A DNA stretch of 64,000 bases from Dendrobates tinctorius (GCF_039654945.1 NW_027361757.1:2728001-2792000), one strand, 5' to 3'. Positions 35,897 through 49,964 are shown, numbered from the stretch's first letter. Program-made: numbers and translations. The notes: generated by a model not told the origin, from the sequence alone.

Positions 35897-37683
35897 CAGT
35901 GGGTACGGAAAGTATTCAGACCTCTTTAAATGTTTCACTCTTTGTTTCATTGCAGCCATTTGGTAAATTCAAAAAAGGTTCATTTTTTTCTCATTATTGT
36001 ACACTCTGCACCCCATCTTGACTGAAAAAAACAGAAATGTAGAAATTTTTGCAAATTTATTAAAAAAGAAAAACTGAAATATCACATGGTCAGAAGTATT
36101 CAGACCCTTTGCTCAGTATTGAGTAGAAGCACCCTTTTGAGCTAATGCAGCCATGAGTCTTCTTGGGAATGATGCTGGTGCTCAGTGAGCCGCATGTGGA
36201 AAGCATGTGGGTCACCTGGTATGGCGTCAGTGAAAGTCCTAAAGCAGGGAGAGCGCGAATGCACACTACTGCAGGTCATGGTTAGAGAAAGGGAATACCG
36301 AGCATGTGCATAAGGCAAAAGATTCCATGAATGCGCACGCATATAACGGCAAGTTTTTCACACCTGGATTTGGGGATTCCCTGTGATTCTTCCTTGCAGA
36401 TCCTCTCCAGCTCCATCAGGTTAGATGGTGAACATTGGTGGACAACCATTTTCAGGTCTCTCCAGAGATGCTCAATTGGGTTTAGGTCAGGGCTCTGCCT
36501 GGGCCAGTCAAGAATGGTCACAGAGTTGCTCTGAAACCACTCCTTTGTTATTTTAGCTGTGTTCTTAGAGTCATTGTTTTGTTGGAAGGTGAACCTTCGG
36601 CCAAGTCTGAGGTCCAGAGCACTCTGGAAGAGGTTTTCATCCAGAATATCTCTGTAATTGGCCGCATTCATGTTTCCTTCAATAGCAACCAGTTGTCCTG
36701 TTCCTGCAGCTGAAAAACACACCCATAACATGATGCTGCCACCGCCATGTTTAACTGTTGGGATTGTATTGGGTAGGTATTGAGCAGTGCCTGGTTTTCT
36801 CCACACATACCGCTTAGAATTATCATCAAAAAGTTCTATCTTCATCTCATCAGACCAGAGAATCTTTTTTCTCTTAATCTGGGATTCCTTCATGTGTTTT
36901 TTAGCAAACTCTATGTGGGCTTTCATATGTCTGGCACTGAGGAGAGGCTACTATAAAGGCCTGGCTGGTGGAGGGCTGCAGTGATAGTTGACTTTGTGGA
37001 ACTTTCTCCCATCTCCCTACTGCATCTGTGGAGCCCAGCCACAGTGATCTTGGGGTTCTTCTTTACCTCTCTCACTAAGGCTCTTCTCCCACAATTGCTC
37101 AGATTGGCTGGAAGGCCAGGTCTAGGAAGACTTCTGGTGGTCCCAAACTTCTTCCATTTAAGTATAATGGAGACCACTGTGCTCTTAGGAACCTTGAGTA
37201 CTGCAGAAATTCTTTTGTAACCAGATCTGTGCCTTGCCTCAATTTTGTCTCTGAGCTCCTTGGCCAGTTCCTTTGACTTCATGATCTCATTTGGTCTGAC
37301 ATGCACTGTGACCTGTGAGCTCTTATATACTGTAGACAGGTGTGTGCCTTTGCAAATCAAGTCCTATCAGTTTAATTAAACACAGCTGGACTCTAATGAA
37401 GGAGTAGAACCATCTCAAGGAGGATCACAAGGAAATAGAAAGCATGTGACTTAAATATGAGTAGCTGAGCAAAGGGTCTGAATACTTATGACCATGTGAC
37501 ATTTCAGTCTTTCTATTTTAATAAATTTGGAAAAATTTCTACACTTCTGTTTTTTCAGTCAAGATGGGGTGCAGAGTGTATATTAATGAGAAAAAAAATG
37601 AGCTTTTTGGAATTTACCAAATGGCTGCAATGAAACAAAGAGTGAAAAGTTTAAAGGGGTCTTAATACTTTCCATACCCACTG
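35897..37683 (-). mobile_element. Full-length Tc1-like transposon with long TIRs
   Basis: TA|CAGTGGGTACGGAAAGTATT ... AATACTTTCCATACCCACTG|TA; TIRs over 200 bp. Confidence 0.92.
36113..37282 (-). pseudogene. Tc1 (DD34E) transposase pseudogene
   Basis: MKSKELAKELRDKI..., WSDE, VKHGGGSIMLW, FQQNND, SPDLNPIEHLW; frameshift at ~36950 and an insertion at 36176-36347. Confidence 0.92.
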
Positions 37684-40600
37684 TACATGGAGAGCCTGTG
37701 TATTGGGCTCTCCATGGATGTGTTGTGACTATGACACAGCCGCGACACATGCAGATGCGGAGCCGAACAGCTGATCAGATGGCGCACTCCATGTATTAGG
37801 GTTCCCGCTGTAGCTTATTCGATGAGGGCTATAGCTTGCCGAATAAACAGGGACCCGATCAAATTCACTCACCTCTATTTATGACATGGCCATGGTATAA
37901 AGCTCAGTGTCACAATAAATTATATTTCCTGACAACCAGTAAGCTTGTAAGTTTTTGACTGTGGCCCCCGATAGTAGATGTTTTCCAAAGACAACTCAAT
38001 TTAAAGATAAAGTAAAAGTATACATGAGATGGGCACACAACGTCAAACACAAATATAGTAATGTTTACCCTCTTACAACATAGTCACCTAACGTAAAAAT
38101 AGACATTTTACTGCATTCTCATATCACCTCTCTCCCACTTTCCATTTAATAAACATAAGTCCTCTAGTAATTCTCACTCTCGTATAAATTCTGCAGCTGA
38201 CTGAATTAGTTCACTTATTACTACACAAAATATATCCATGGTAGGAATTAAAGATATATACTTCTTCACCGAGTCACCAAGGAAAAGCAGACAAATATCT
38301 AGAATAATGGAAATCTGATTGGAATATATGCTCTAAATAAAATATTACTGATTATAAACTTTGTAATCTCGAGTATTGCAAAAATTCAACAAAATTGTAC
38401 AGACCATCTTTAAGACTGACACAACCGCCTTTGGCTTCATTGTTTGTCATGATGGTTTTTTTTGCTTTAAGGCTTTTGGTGCAAGGATGGTCCTGTGACG
38501 CAAAGAGCACGAAAGGATATGCAACAAACAAGGATTGCATAACAAGGTCTTTGTGACATGGGGTCAGAGAGGAAACAAAGTAGCTATTGTATAGCCGGAC
38601 AACTAAGATCACCTTCAAGAAAATACTATGGGATTTGTGAGTAAAGAAGCATGGAGTATGAACAATGATTAATATGTGTTGTAACTTGATTATAATGCTA
38701 TAATGCTAGTGTTTGTTACATAACTAGCCATGCAGTTGGTTAGTAAAACATACTAATACCAATTACTGATTCCATATTATGCTTCAAAGTAAAATAAGAT
38801 ACAGAAAAGTTTTCATTATTAAGAATTTCAGGCTATTTCCTCCGTGATACAAATTTTTCTTATGCATTTATGATAAAATACCCTGATGTATATTATGTGA
38901 AGATTACAATTTAGAACATTCTAGCTTTTTCTGGTGAGTTAAAGGAAATTCACTGAGAGCACAACCAAATCATAGATGTGTACAGTGGCATAACTTGTAG
39001 CTCGTGGGCCCTTTTGCAGAAGTCCCAACAGTGCTCACATTTATTGCAGGTGTTTAACCACTTTATGACCTTGGACTTATCGATATGTCCAGGTCGTCTT
39101 GGACCTTGAGCGTATGAATACATCAAGGCCGATCGCCACCTGATTTCAACTTATTCTGACAGCTGTCACTCGGCACTCAGTGCCAGGAGCCGTGCCGCAA
39201 CGCTCCCAGGACTTTAACTTCCTAAATACTGAGATCGAAATCGATTGCAGCATTTAGAGAGAAGGCAGAGGGAGGAAGCCCCCTCTGCCTTTGTGATCAA
39301 CCTGCAAAAAGTGAAAATCTCATAGTGGGAAAAAGTAACAAAAGGTCAACAAAAAAAAAGGTAAATCACAAAATAGTAATAATAATAATAATAAAAATAT
39401 TGTACTCATAAATAAATATTTTCATGAAAAAAAAGTATACATATTTGGTATTGCTGCATCTGGAACGTCCCTATCTATAAAACTGTCAAACTAGTTAACC
39501 CCTTTAGTGAACACCGTAAAAAAAAAAAAATGAGGCAAAAATGATGCATTATCATCATACCACCAAACAAAAAGTGGAATAAAACGTGATCAAAAAGACG
39601 AATGTAAATAAAAATGATATCGCTGAAAACATCATCTTGTCCAGCAAAAGCAAGCTGCCATATAGCTCAATGAGAGGGAAAAAAGTTACAGCTATGAAAA
39701 ATTATTATTTTTTCTATGAAACAGGTTTTATTGTGTAAAAGTGTAAAAACATAAAAAAACAATATAAATGGGTTATTGCTGTAAAAGCACTCACCCGAAT
39801 AATAAAGCTGCCTTATCAATTTTACCACATGCGGAACGGCATAAAAAAACATTCCTGAATTACTGGTGTTTGTTTATTCTGCCTTCCAATCATCGGAATA
39901 GAAGGTGATCAAAAAATGACATGTGCCTGAAAATGGTACCAATAAAAACATCAACTTGTCCCACAAAAAGCAAGCTATCACAAGACTCTGTGGGCCAAAA
40001 AATTAAAAAGTTATAGCTTTCAAAATATGGCGATGCAAAAAGTAGTTTTTGCAAAAAAAGGCATCTAGTATTTCTGTAATCACACTGACCCAAAGAATAA
40101 AGTCATCTAATCACTTATACTGCCCAATGAGCAGTGTAAAAAATAAATAAAACCAATTCAACACCAGCTGTTGATTTGTTCATTCTGACTCCCAAAGATT
40201 GCAGTAATGCTCAGTTCACATGTATTCTTTGCTCTACCCTGAACGCTTACATCGGGGTTTTCATGTAAATCTCTGAAATGCGTGATTTAGACGAAACCTC
40301 AGGTGGAAGATTCCCTATAATGAGGCAAATGGTGGCACTGTGGACACTGTCTGACCTTTGATCCAGTGGTGTCCATCTTTTTAGGTGTGCATAAAAGTCA
40401 GCCACAGTTTTGCGTACTTCTGAAAAGAAGAACAATGCTGAACAGAGGCCAGACAGAGTCCATAGTAACTCTGCTGCAGCATTACAGTGAGTGTCTCCTT
40501 CGGGGATTTCATCTAAATCATATAACTCACTGGATAAATGTGATCCCAAACATTATATAGAATGTTCCCAACAAAAGCTTCAAATCAATCTACAAAAAAA

Positions 40601-42314
40601 GCAAATCCCCACTCAGGTCCGTCACCTGCAAATGGATATTTATGAGCTTCCATGTTACTGGTAGCACAAAGACTCGATCTGGGAAAGTGCTCACCCCCAA
40701 AAGAAAGCCAGCTAATTTTGTGCTCCCAAATCCAAATAACCCCTCTCTTCTGAGCACGACTGTGCCTAAACCACAGTTAGCATCCACATGTTTGGCATTT
40801 CTGTAGCAAAGAGAGTTTGCCTAATTTACAGATGCATGTCTCCAGAAGCACAAACTGGGCACAACATACTGGTCATTACAATGGACTGGTCATGACAGCG
40901 TACTAGTCACTGCAACATTCTGGTCACTACAACGGTAGTTTGCAATTTTCACTCAGGAACATCCACTGCTGCTTGTTTCTGGAAAACTCATGGAGTCAAA
41001 ATCACCACTACATCTGTAGGTACGATTTCTAAAATGGGGTCACTTGAGGGGAGATTCTGCTCTTCTTGCACTTAGGGCTCTGTATATGTAGTCTGCAAAC
41101 TATTCTAGGAAAATCTGCGCTCCAAGAAGCAAATAGTGCTCTGTCCCTCCCGAGTCTCACTGTGTGGCTAAGCAGTACTGTGCAGCCGTACAGTTGTGCT
41201 CAAAAGTTTAAATACAACGGCAGAATTTTTGCTTTCTTGGCCTTTTTTCACAGAATATGAATGATAACTAGTGTTGAGCATTCCGATACTGCAAATATCG
41301 GGTATCGGCCGATATTCGCTCTATCGGAATTCTGATACCGAGTACCGATATTTTTTCAATATCGGATACCGGAATCATAATGCAATGAGCCACTGTTGTG
41401 GCTGTGATTGGCTGCTGAAATGATGTCATCATGATGCGCGGTCTGTGCGGGCCTGCCGGGGGTCTGTGTGGGCCTGCCGGGGGTCTGTGCCGGCTGCCGG
41501 GGGGTCTGTGCCGGCTGCCGGCGGTCTGTACGGGCCTGCCGGGGGTCTGTGCCTGCTGCGGGGGTCTGTGCTGGCTGCCGGGGGTCTGTGCCGCCTGCCG
41601 GCGGTCTGTACGGGCCTGCCAGGGGTCTGTGTCGGCTGCCGGGGGGGTCTGTGCTGGCTGCCAGCGGTCTGTACGGGCCTGCCGGGGGTCTGTGTGTGTG
41701 CAGGCATCGTCCGATTGGACTACAAGTCCCATCGGGTGATGCCTGCTACAATGACAGTGATTGACACATTAGCCAATGATGGGACAGTAGTAGTCCCATC
41801 ATCCGGCTAATGTGTTGAATGTAAATAAAAAACAAAAAAAATACATACTACATACATACAACATACATACTACATACTACATGCATACTTCATATATACT
41901 ACATTCATACAACATACATACATACTACATATATTCTACATTCATACAGCATACATACTACATACATACTACATTCATACAGCATACATACATACTACAT
42001 ACATACTACATATATACTACATTCATACAGCATACATACATACTACATATATACATTCATACAGCATACATACATACTACATATATACAACATTCATACA
42101 ACATACATACATACTACATACATACTACATACAGTATATACTACATTCATACAGCATACATACATACTATATATATACTACATTCATACAGCATACATAC
42201 ATACTACATACATACTACATATATACTACATTCATACAGCATACATACATACTACATATATGCTACATATATACATTCATACAGCATACATACATACTAC
42301 ATACATACTACATA

Positions 42315-43213
42315 CACTCACTGGCCACTTTATTAGGTACACCTGTCCAACTGTGTGTTAAGACTTAATTTCTAATCAGCCAATCACATGGCGGCAACTC
42401 AGTGCATTTAGGCATGTAGACATGGTCAAGACAATCTCCTGCAGTTCAAACCGAGCATCAGTATGGGGAAGAAAGGTGATTTGAGTGCCTTTGAACGTGG
42501 CATGATTGTTGGTGCCAGAAGGGCTGGTCTGAGTATTTCAGAAACTGCTGATCTACTGGGATTTTCACGCACAACCATCTCTAGGGTTTACAGAGAATGG
42601 TCCGAAAAAGAAAAAAAATCCAGTGAGCGGCAGTTCTGTGGCCGGAAATGCCTTGTTGATGCCAGAGGTCAGAGGAGAATGGGCATACTGGTTCGAGCTG
42701 ATAGAAAGGCAACAGTGACTCAAATTGCCACCCGTTACAACCAAGGTAGGCAGAAGAGCATCTCTGAACGCACAGTGCGTCGAACTTTGAGGCAGATGGG
42801 CTACAGCAGCAGAAGACCACACTGGGTACCACTCCTCTCAGCTAAGAACAGGCATCTGATGGCTACTTTCAGCAGGATAATGCGCCATGTCATAAAGCTC
42901 GAATCATCTCAGATTGGTTTCTTGAACATGACAATGAGTTCACTGTACTCAAATGGCCTCCTCAGTCACCAGATCTCAATCCAATAGAGCATCTTTGGGA
43001 TGTAGTGGAACGGGAGATTCGCATCAGGGATGTGCAGCCGACAAATCTGCTCCAACTGTGTGATGCCATCATGTCAATATGGTCCAAAATCTCTGAGGAA
43101 TGCTTCCAGCACCTTGTTGAATCTCTGCCACGAAGAATTGAGGCAGTTCTGAAGGCAAAAGGGGGTCCAACCCGTTACTAGCATGGTGTACCTAATAAAG
43201 TGGCCAGTGAGTG
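42315..43213 (+). mobile_element. Internally deleted Tc1-like element (transposase remnant 42463-43181)
   Basis: TA|CACTCACTGGCCACTTTATTAGGTACACC TIRs; MGKKGDLSAFERGMIVGARRAG N-terminus fused out of frame at ~42853 to QQDNAPCH...SPDLNPIEHLW...KAKGGPTRY*. Confidence 0.92.
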
Positions 43214-44700
43214 TATATACTACATTCATACAGCATACATACTACATACATACTACATTCATACAGCATACATACATACTACATACATACTACATATATA
43301 CTACATTCATACAGCATACATACATACTACATATATGCTACATATATACATTCATACAGCATACATACATACTACATATATACAACATTCATACAACATA
43401 CATACTACATATATACTACATTCATACAGCATACATACATACTACATATATACTACATTCATACAGCATACATACATACTACATACATACTACATATATA
43501 CTACATTCATACAGCATACATACATACTACATATATACTACATTCATACAGCATACATACACACTACATACTGTATATACAACATTCATACAACATACAT
43601 ACTACATACATACTACATATATACTACATTCATACAACATACTTACATACTACATACATACTACATATATATAACATTCATACATGCTACATATATACTA
43701 CATTCATACAACATACATGCTACATACATACTACATTCATACAGCATACATACTACATATATACTACATTCATACAGCATACATACATACATACAACATA
43801 CATAAAACATGCTACAGATATACTACATACATACTACATATATACTACATTCATACAGCATACATACATACTACATACATACTACATATACACTACATTC
43901 ATACAGCATACATACATACTACATACATACATACATACAACATACATAAAACACGCTACAGATATACTACATACAATACATTCATACAATACATACATAT
44001 AGACATACAGTGCATATAACATAGAGTACATACTCACCATTACTTGTCACATTGTTCCCCGAAGCCAGTGTCATCTGTGAAAAAAATAAGAAAAAAACAA
44101 ATCACCAAATACTCCCTGTTCCGCAGAAATCCACGAGTGTCCCATGCCGATCTCCTTGGAGAACAGCAGCATCAGCTGATGCAACCGTTCTCTAGGGGCT
44201 GCAGGAATCCAATGACGGGAGATAGGTATCCTTCCGTACTGTATTCCTCCGCCACTGTAAAAAAAAATAGTCCCTAGTCTCACTTTTGGCATTGCTGTGT
44301 GAGAAAGTTCACACGCAGCTTTTGCCATAAAGTGAGACTAGGGACTATTTTTTTTACAGTGGCAGAGGAATACAGTGCGGAAGAATACCTACCTCCCGTC
44401 ATTTGATTCCTGGAGCCCCTAGAGAACGGTCGCATCAGCTGATGCTGCTGTTCTCCACGGGAAATCGGCATGGGACACTCGTGGATTTCTGTGGAACAGG
44501 GAGTATTTGGTGGTTTGTTTTTTTCATATTTTTTTCACAGATGACACTGGCTTTGGGGATCAAAGTGACAAGTAATGGTGAGTATGTCCTCTATGTTATA
44601 TGTACTGTATGTCTATATGTATGTATTGTATGAATGCATGAATGTATTGTATGTAGTATGTATATAGTACGTATGTATGTTATATGAATGTAGTATGTAT

Positions 44701-45675
44701 GGAGACAAAGAAGAACAAGGTGTAGATCCCATATATATAAAATTACAATACTTTATTAGAAAAGATAATACAATATCACAAAAATGACTAGTTACATAAT
44801 GCAGGGGATGGGTAAGCAAAAAGTATATGTCACACCAGGTCTGAATGGATATGTCAAGAGGTGGGGGAGCGGCAACTCCTACATATAGATTACAAAGAAG
44901 TCACATATAGAATGAGACCAGAGTTTATATTAAGAAAACAAATGAGGAGTAAAGTCACAAAAGACAAGTGCCCAAGGCTTAGTGGAGAAAACCTTATGGC
45001 TAAAACAGCCAAATAGAAACAAGTAATCTCCCCATAAATCTTAGAATATGAGTGGCGCCACTCTTACCCATAATGCCTCTATTCAGAATCCCAGGACACG
45101 TAGCCCCAACGCGCGTTTCGCGTTGGCCCCCCGAGGAAGCCAACGCGAAACGTGCATTGGGGCTACGTGTCCTGGGATTCTGAATAGAGGCATTATGGGT
45201 AAGAGTGGCATCACTCATATTCTAAGATTTATGGGGAGATTACTTGTTTCTATTTGGCTGTTTTAGCCATAAGGTTTTCTCCACTAAGCCTTGGGCACTT
45301 GTCTTTTGTGACTTTACTCCTCATTTGTTTTCTTAATATAAACTCTGGTCTCATTCTATATGTGACTTCTTTGTAATCTATATGTAGGAGTTGCCGCTCC
45401 CCCACCTCTTTACATATCCATTCAGACCTGGTGTGACATATACTTTTTGCTTACCCATCCCCTGCAGTATGTAACTAGTCATTTTTGTCATATTGTATTA
45501 TCTTTTCTAATAAAGTATTGTAATTTTATATATATGGGATCTACACCTTGTTCTTCTTTGTCTCCTTATATCTATGGGTGTACCGAATGTTATTTTTGGT
45601 CCTGTTTCGTCCCAGTATATTTGATTCTGGGATTGGGAATATGTCTATATTATGGAGTCTGTTCTAATTTGTTTC
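44701..45675. mobile_element. Fold-back Penelope-like non-coding insertion centred on a hammerhead motif
   Basis: 427-bp inverted arms (44701-45127, 45139-45565) plus a 110-bp tail; 16-bp direct repeat at 44685-44700 and 45676-45691. Confidence 0.75.
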
Positions 45676-46517
45676 TGAATGTAGTATGTATGTAGTATGT
45701 AGTATGCATGTAGTATGTATGTAGTATGTATGTATGCTGTATGAATGTAGTATATATGAAGTATGTATGTATGCTGTATGAATGTAGTATATATGTAGTA
45801 TGTATGTAGTATGTATGTATGTTGTATGAATGTAGTATATATGAAGTATGTATGTAGTATGTAGCATGTATGTTGTATATATGTAGTATGTATGGTTTTT
45901 TTTTTGTTTTTTTTTACATTCAACACATACAGACCGCCGGCACAGACCCCCCGGCAGCCGGCACAGACCCCCGGCAGGCCCGCACAGACCCCCGGCAGCC
46001 GGAACAGACCCCCGGCAGGCCCGTACAGACCCCCGGCAGCCGGCACAGACTCCCGGCAGGCCCGTACAGACCGCCGGCAGCCGGCACAGACCCCCGTTAG
46101 GCCCGTACAGACCCCCGAGAGGCCCGCACAGAGCCCGCCCACACACACAGACACTCACAGTGTCCGCCCACGCACCGCCCACACTCTTCCCCCCTCCCGA
46201 ACTTGATGTACAAGGAAAGAAAGGGTTTTCTTAAATCCGATATTTCTGTCCCATTGACTTGAATGGGACTTCCGGTATCAGAGTTGGTGATATCCGATAC
46301 TTTTTGTGTATCGGGCTGATCCAATCCGATCCGATATTTCTGGATATCGGATGGTATCGCTCAACACTAATGATAACACTAAAACTTTTTCGCCACTCAT
46401 GGTTAGTGGTTGGGTGAAGCCATTTATTGTCAAACTACTGTGTTTTCTCTCTTTAAATCATAATGACAACCCAAAACATCCAAATGAAACTGATCAAAAG
46501 TTTACATACCCCATTTC

Positions 46518-47526
46518 TTAATACCGTGCATTGTCCCTCTAACATCAATGACAGCTTGAAGTCTTCTGTGGTAGCTGTGGATGAGGTTCTTTATTTTCTC
46601 AGATGTAAAGCTGACTACTCTCCTTGGCAAAAAGCCTCCAGTTCCTATAAATTCGTGGGCTGTCTGGCATGAACTGCGCGCTTGAGTTCTCCCCAGAGTG
46701 GCTCAATGACATTGAGGTCAGGAGACTGAGATGGCCACTCCAGAACCTTCACTTTGCTCTGCTGTAGCCAATTACAGGTCGACTTGGCCTTGTGGTTTGG
46801 ATCATTGTCATGTTGGAATGTCCAAGTATGTCCCATGTGCAGCTTCCGGGCTGATGCTTGCAAATTTGCCTGCAGTATTTGCTGATAACATGCTGTATTC
46901 ATCTTTCCTTCAACTTTGACCAAGTTTCTTGTGCCTCACACATCCCCAAAACATCAGCGATCCACCTCCGTGCTTTACAGTAGGAATGTTGTTCCTTTCA
47001 TCATTGGCCTTGACCTCTCTCCAAATGTAACGCTTATGTTGTGGCCAAAAAGTTCAATTTAGGTCTCATCACCTCAAATTACCATGTTCCAGAAGTTTTG
47101 AGGCTTGTCTCTGTGCTGTTTTGTGTATTGTAGGTGAGATACTTTGTGGCATTTGAGCAGTAATGGCTTTCATCTGGCGACTCGACCATGCAGCCAATTT
47201 TTCTTCATGTGCCTCCTTATTGTGCATCTTGAAACAGCCACCCCACTAGTTTTCAGAGAGTCCAGTATTTCAGCTAATGTTATTTGTGGGTTTTACTTTG
47301 CATCCCAAACAATTTTCCTGGCAGTTGTCTACAAAATTTCTGTTGGTCTACTTGATCGTAATTTTATTTTTACAGAGCCCCTGATTTTCGATTTGTTAAT
47401 CACAGTTTGAACGCTTCTGACTGGCATTATCAATTCCTTGGCTATCTTTTTGTATCCCTTTCTTGTTTTACACAGTTCAACTACCTTTTTCTGTAGATCC
47501 ATTGTCAATTCTTTTGCTTTCCTCAT
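46518..47526 (-). pseudogene. Tc1 transposase pseudogene
   Basis: MRKAKELTMDLQKKVV...GYKKIAKEL; WTFQHDNDPNH; EWPSQSPDLNVIEPLW; several disablements. Confidence 0.9.
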
Positions 47527-49964
47527 GACTCACATTCCAGAAATGTCAGTGGCTGGATGAAAGATGCAAGAGTCTGTCTGGATCCCAGAAACTCACTCAG
47601 CTTTTATGCATGCACACTGATTACAAGCAAACAGGTCACAAGTGAGGAGGTTACCTTTAGCAGCCAGGCAAACCCATTTGTGTCAACTTCTGTGCATGTT
47701 ATCATGCCAAAATCACGAGGGTTTGTAAACTTTTGATCAGGGTCATTTGGATGTTTTGGGTTGTCATTATGATTTAAAAAGAGAAAACATAGTAGTTTGA
47801 CAATAAATGGCTTCACTCAACTACTAAGCATGAGTGGAGAAAAAGTTTTGGTGTTATCATTCATATTGTTTGAAAAAAGGTCAAGAAAGTAAAAATTCTG
47901 CCGGGGTATGTAAACTTTTGAGCACAACTGTATATATGGTATTTCTACATTCAGCAGAAATTATGGCAAAAATTTTGGTGCCATTTTTACCATTTTCCTG
48001 TGTGAAAATGTAAAATCTGGGGCTAAAGCAAAATTTTAGTGATAAAAATGTAATAATTTTTTCTTCACCGCACAATGGTATACTCACCCGTGATGTCAAT
48101 GTGATCACTGCACCCTTCTATTAATTCATTGAGAGGGGTTGTTTGTAAAATGGTGCCTCTTATGGGAGTTCTGCTGTTATGGCACCTCAGAGGTTCGCCA
48201 ATGTGACATGGCACCCGCAAACTAGTTCAGCAAAATATGAACTCCAATATGACGTTTCTACCCTTCTGAGCTTTGCACTGTGCCTCAAAAGTAGTATTTG
48301 ACCACATATGGGGTATAGGCAAACTCAGAAGATATTGCACAACATATTTTGGGTTCCATTCCTCCTGTTACCCTTATGAAAATAAAAAAATTGGGGCTAA
48401 AGTAAAATTTTTGTGGGGAAAATGTGTTTTTTTTTATTTCACAGCTCAATGTTATCAATTTCTGTGAAGCACCTGGGTGTTCAAGGTGCTCATCACACAT
48501 CTAGACTAGTTCCCTGATGGGTCTATTTTCCAAAATGGTGTCACTTGTGGGGGGTTTGCACTGTTTAGGTACATCAGGGGGTCTCCAAGTGTGACAAGGC
48601 GTCCACTGATTATTTCAGCAAATTTTGAATTCAAAAAGTTAAATGGCTCTCCTTCCATTCAGAGTCCTGCTGTGCTCCCAAACATTAGTTTTTCCCCACA
48701 TATCAGATATGGGCAGACTCAGGAGACATTTCAAAACAGATTACAGTGTAATTTATCCTGTTACCATTGTGAAAATGCAAAATTTGGGTCTGAAAAACAT
48801 TTTTCATGACTCAATGTCATAAACTTCTGTGAAGCTAATGGGGTATCAAGATGCTCACTACACATCTAGATAAGCTCCCTGAGGGGCTCTAGTTTTCAAA
48901 ATGATTTCACTTGTGTTTGTTTTTCATTGTTTTGGTACATCAGGGGCTCTTCAAACACGACATGGCGTCTGCTAATTATTTTCATATATATTATCAAAAA
49001 GTTAAATGGTGCTCTTTCCCTTCCAAGCTCTACTGTGCACACAAACAATAGTTTTCCCCCACATATGGGGCATTACCATGCTCAGGAGAAATTGCACAAC
49101 AAATTGTATTGTACAGTTTCTGCTGGTACCCTTTTGAAAATACAATATTTGGGGATAAAAAACATTTCTGTGGAAAAATGTGATTTTTTTTATTTTCACA
49201 GCTCAAAGTTATAAACTTTTGTGAAGCGCCTGGGAGTTCAAGGTGCTCAATACACATTTAGATAAGTTCCTTGAGGGGTCTAGTATCCGAGCCCTGCGCA
49301 CATACAGAGGTTTCCCCCCACATATGGGGTATCGATGTGCTCAGGGAAATATTAACTCCTTGTGCTAGGAGTTCACATTTCTGAATCTAAATTGTTTGCA
49401 CTAAAAGAATGCTCCAGAAAGCAGGCTACATATCAGTTTATAAATCCTTTGTGCTAATTGTGTGGTCCAGCCAACAGGCCACATTTTAGCATGGGACAGG
49501 GTCTGGGATAGGGTTTGGTAAAGAATTTCTAGCTTAAACGTTGATCAGTAACAGGTGGATGAGTGACAGGTATAGGTATGGTGGTCTGTGAACCCTGTCA
49601 AATTCATGCAAGACACATGAAGGAGACCCAACTGGGAGTCCAAACATTTCCAAAAATTAGGGACAGATACCACAAAAGTGGAATCAGTTTATTTTGCTTA
49701 TTAATTTATTTTACTCACTTAAATAGCGACATTAATTACATAGTGACATTAATGCTTTACAGACATTATCAATTTCCCCAGAGTAGAAATAGTGTAATGG
49801 GCCTATGACACCCCTTCTACTACAGGCAGTAGAGTCTACACATTTCATAAAATTGTTAGTAACATCAGGAGCAGTAGCAACAGCAGTCACAGAAGCCACG
49901 ACAAAGGTGTGACACACTGCAATAGCACGAGATCAATGCAGTACACTAAAAGCAACACAATCGC

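Larger units (their letters stand above)
35737..37877. mobile_element. Palindromic hAT MITE hosting a Tc1 insertion at its centre
   Basis: TIRs TAAAGATGAGCGAAT / ATTCACTCACCTCTA; TSD TTTATGGC / TTTATGAC (7/8). Confidence 0.75.
41269..46369. mobile_element. Second copy of the palindromic hAT family of 26761-29801, with two nested insertions
   Basis: Same TIRs; perfect 8-bp TSD ATGATAAC (41261-41268, 46370-46377); central palindrome 43980-44650. Confidence 0.92.
41191..47930 (-). mobile_element. Tc1-like IR/DR-type transposon, interrupted in its left TIR by a hAT element
   Basis: TA|CAGTTGTGCTCAAAAGTTT ... AAACTTTTGAGCACAACTG|TA; inner direct-repeat motifs at ~46494 and ~47721. Confidence 0.9.
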
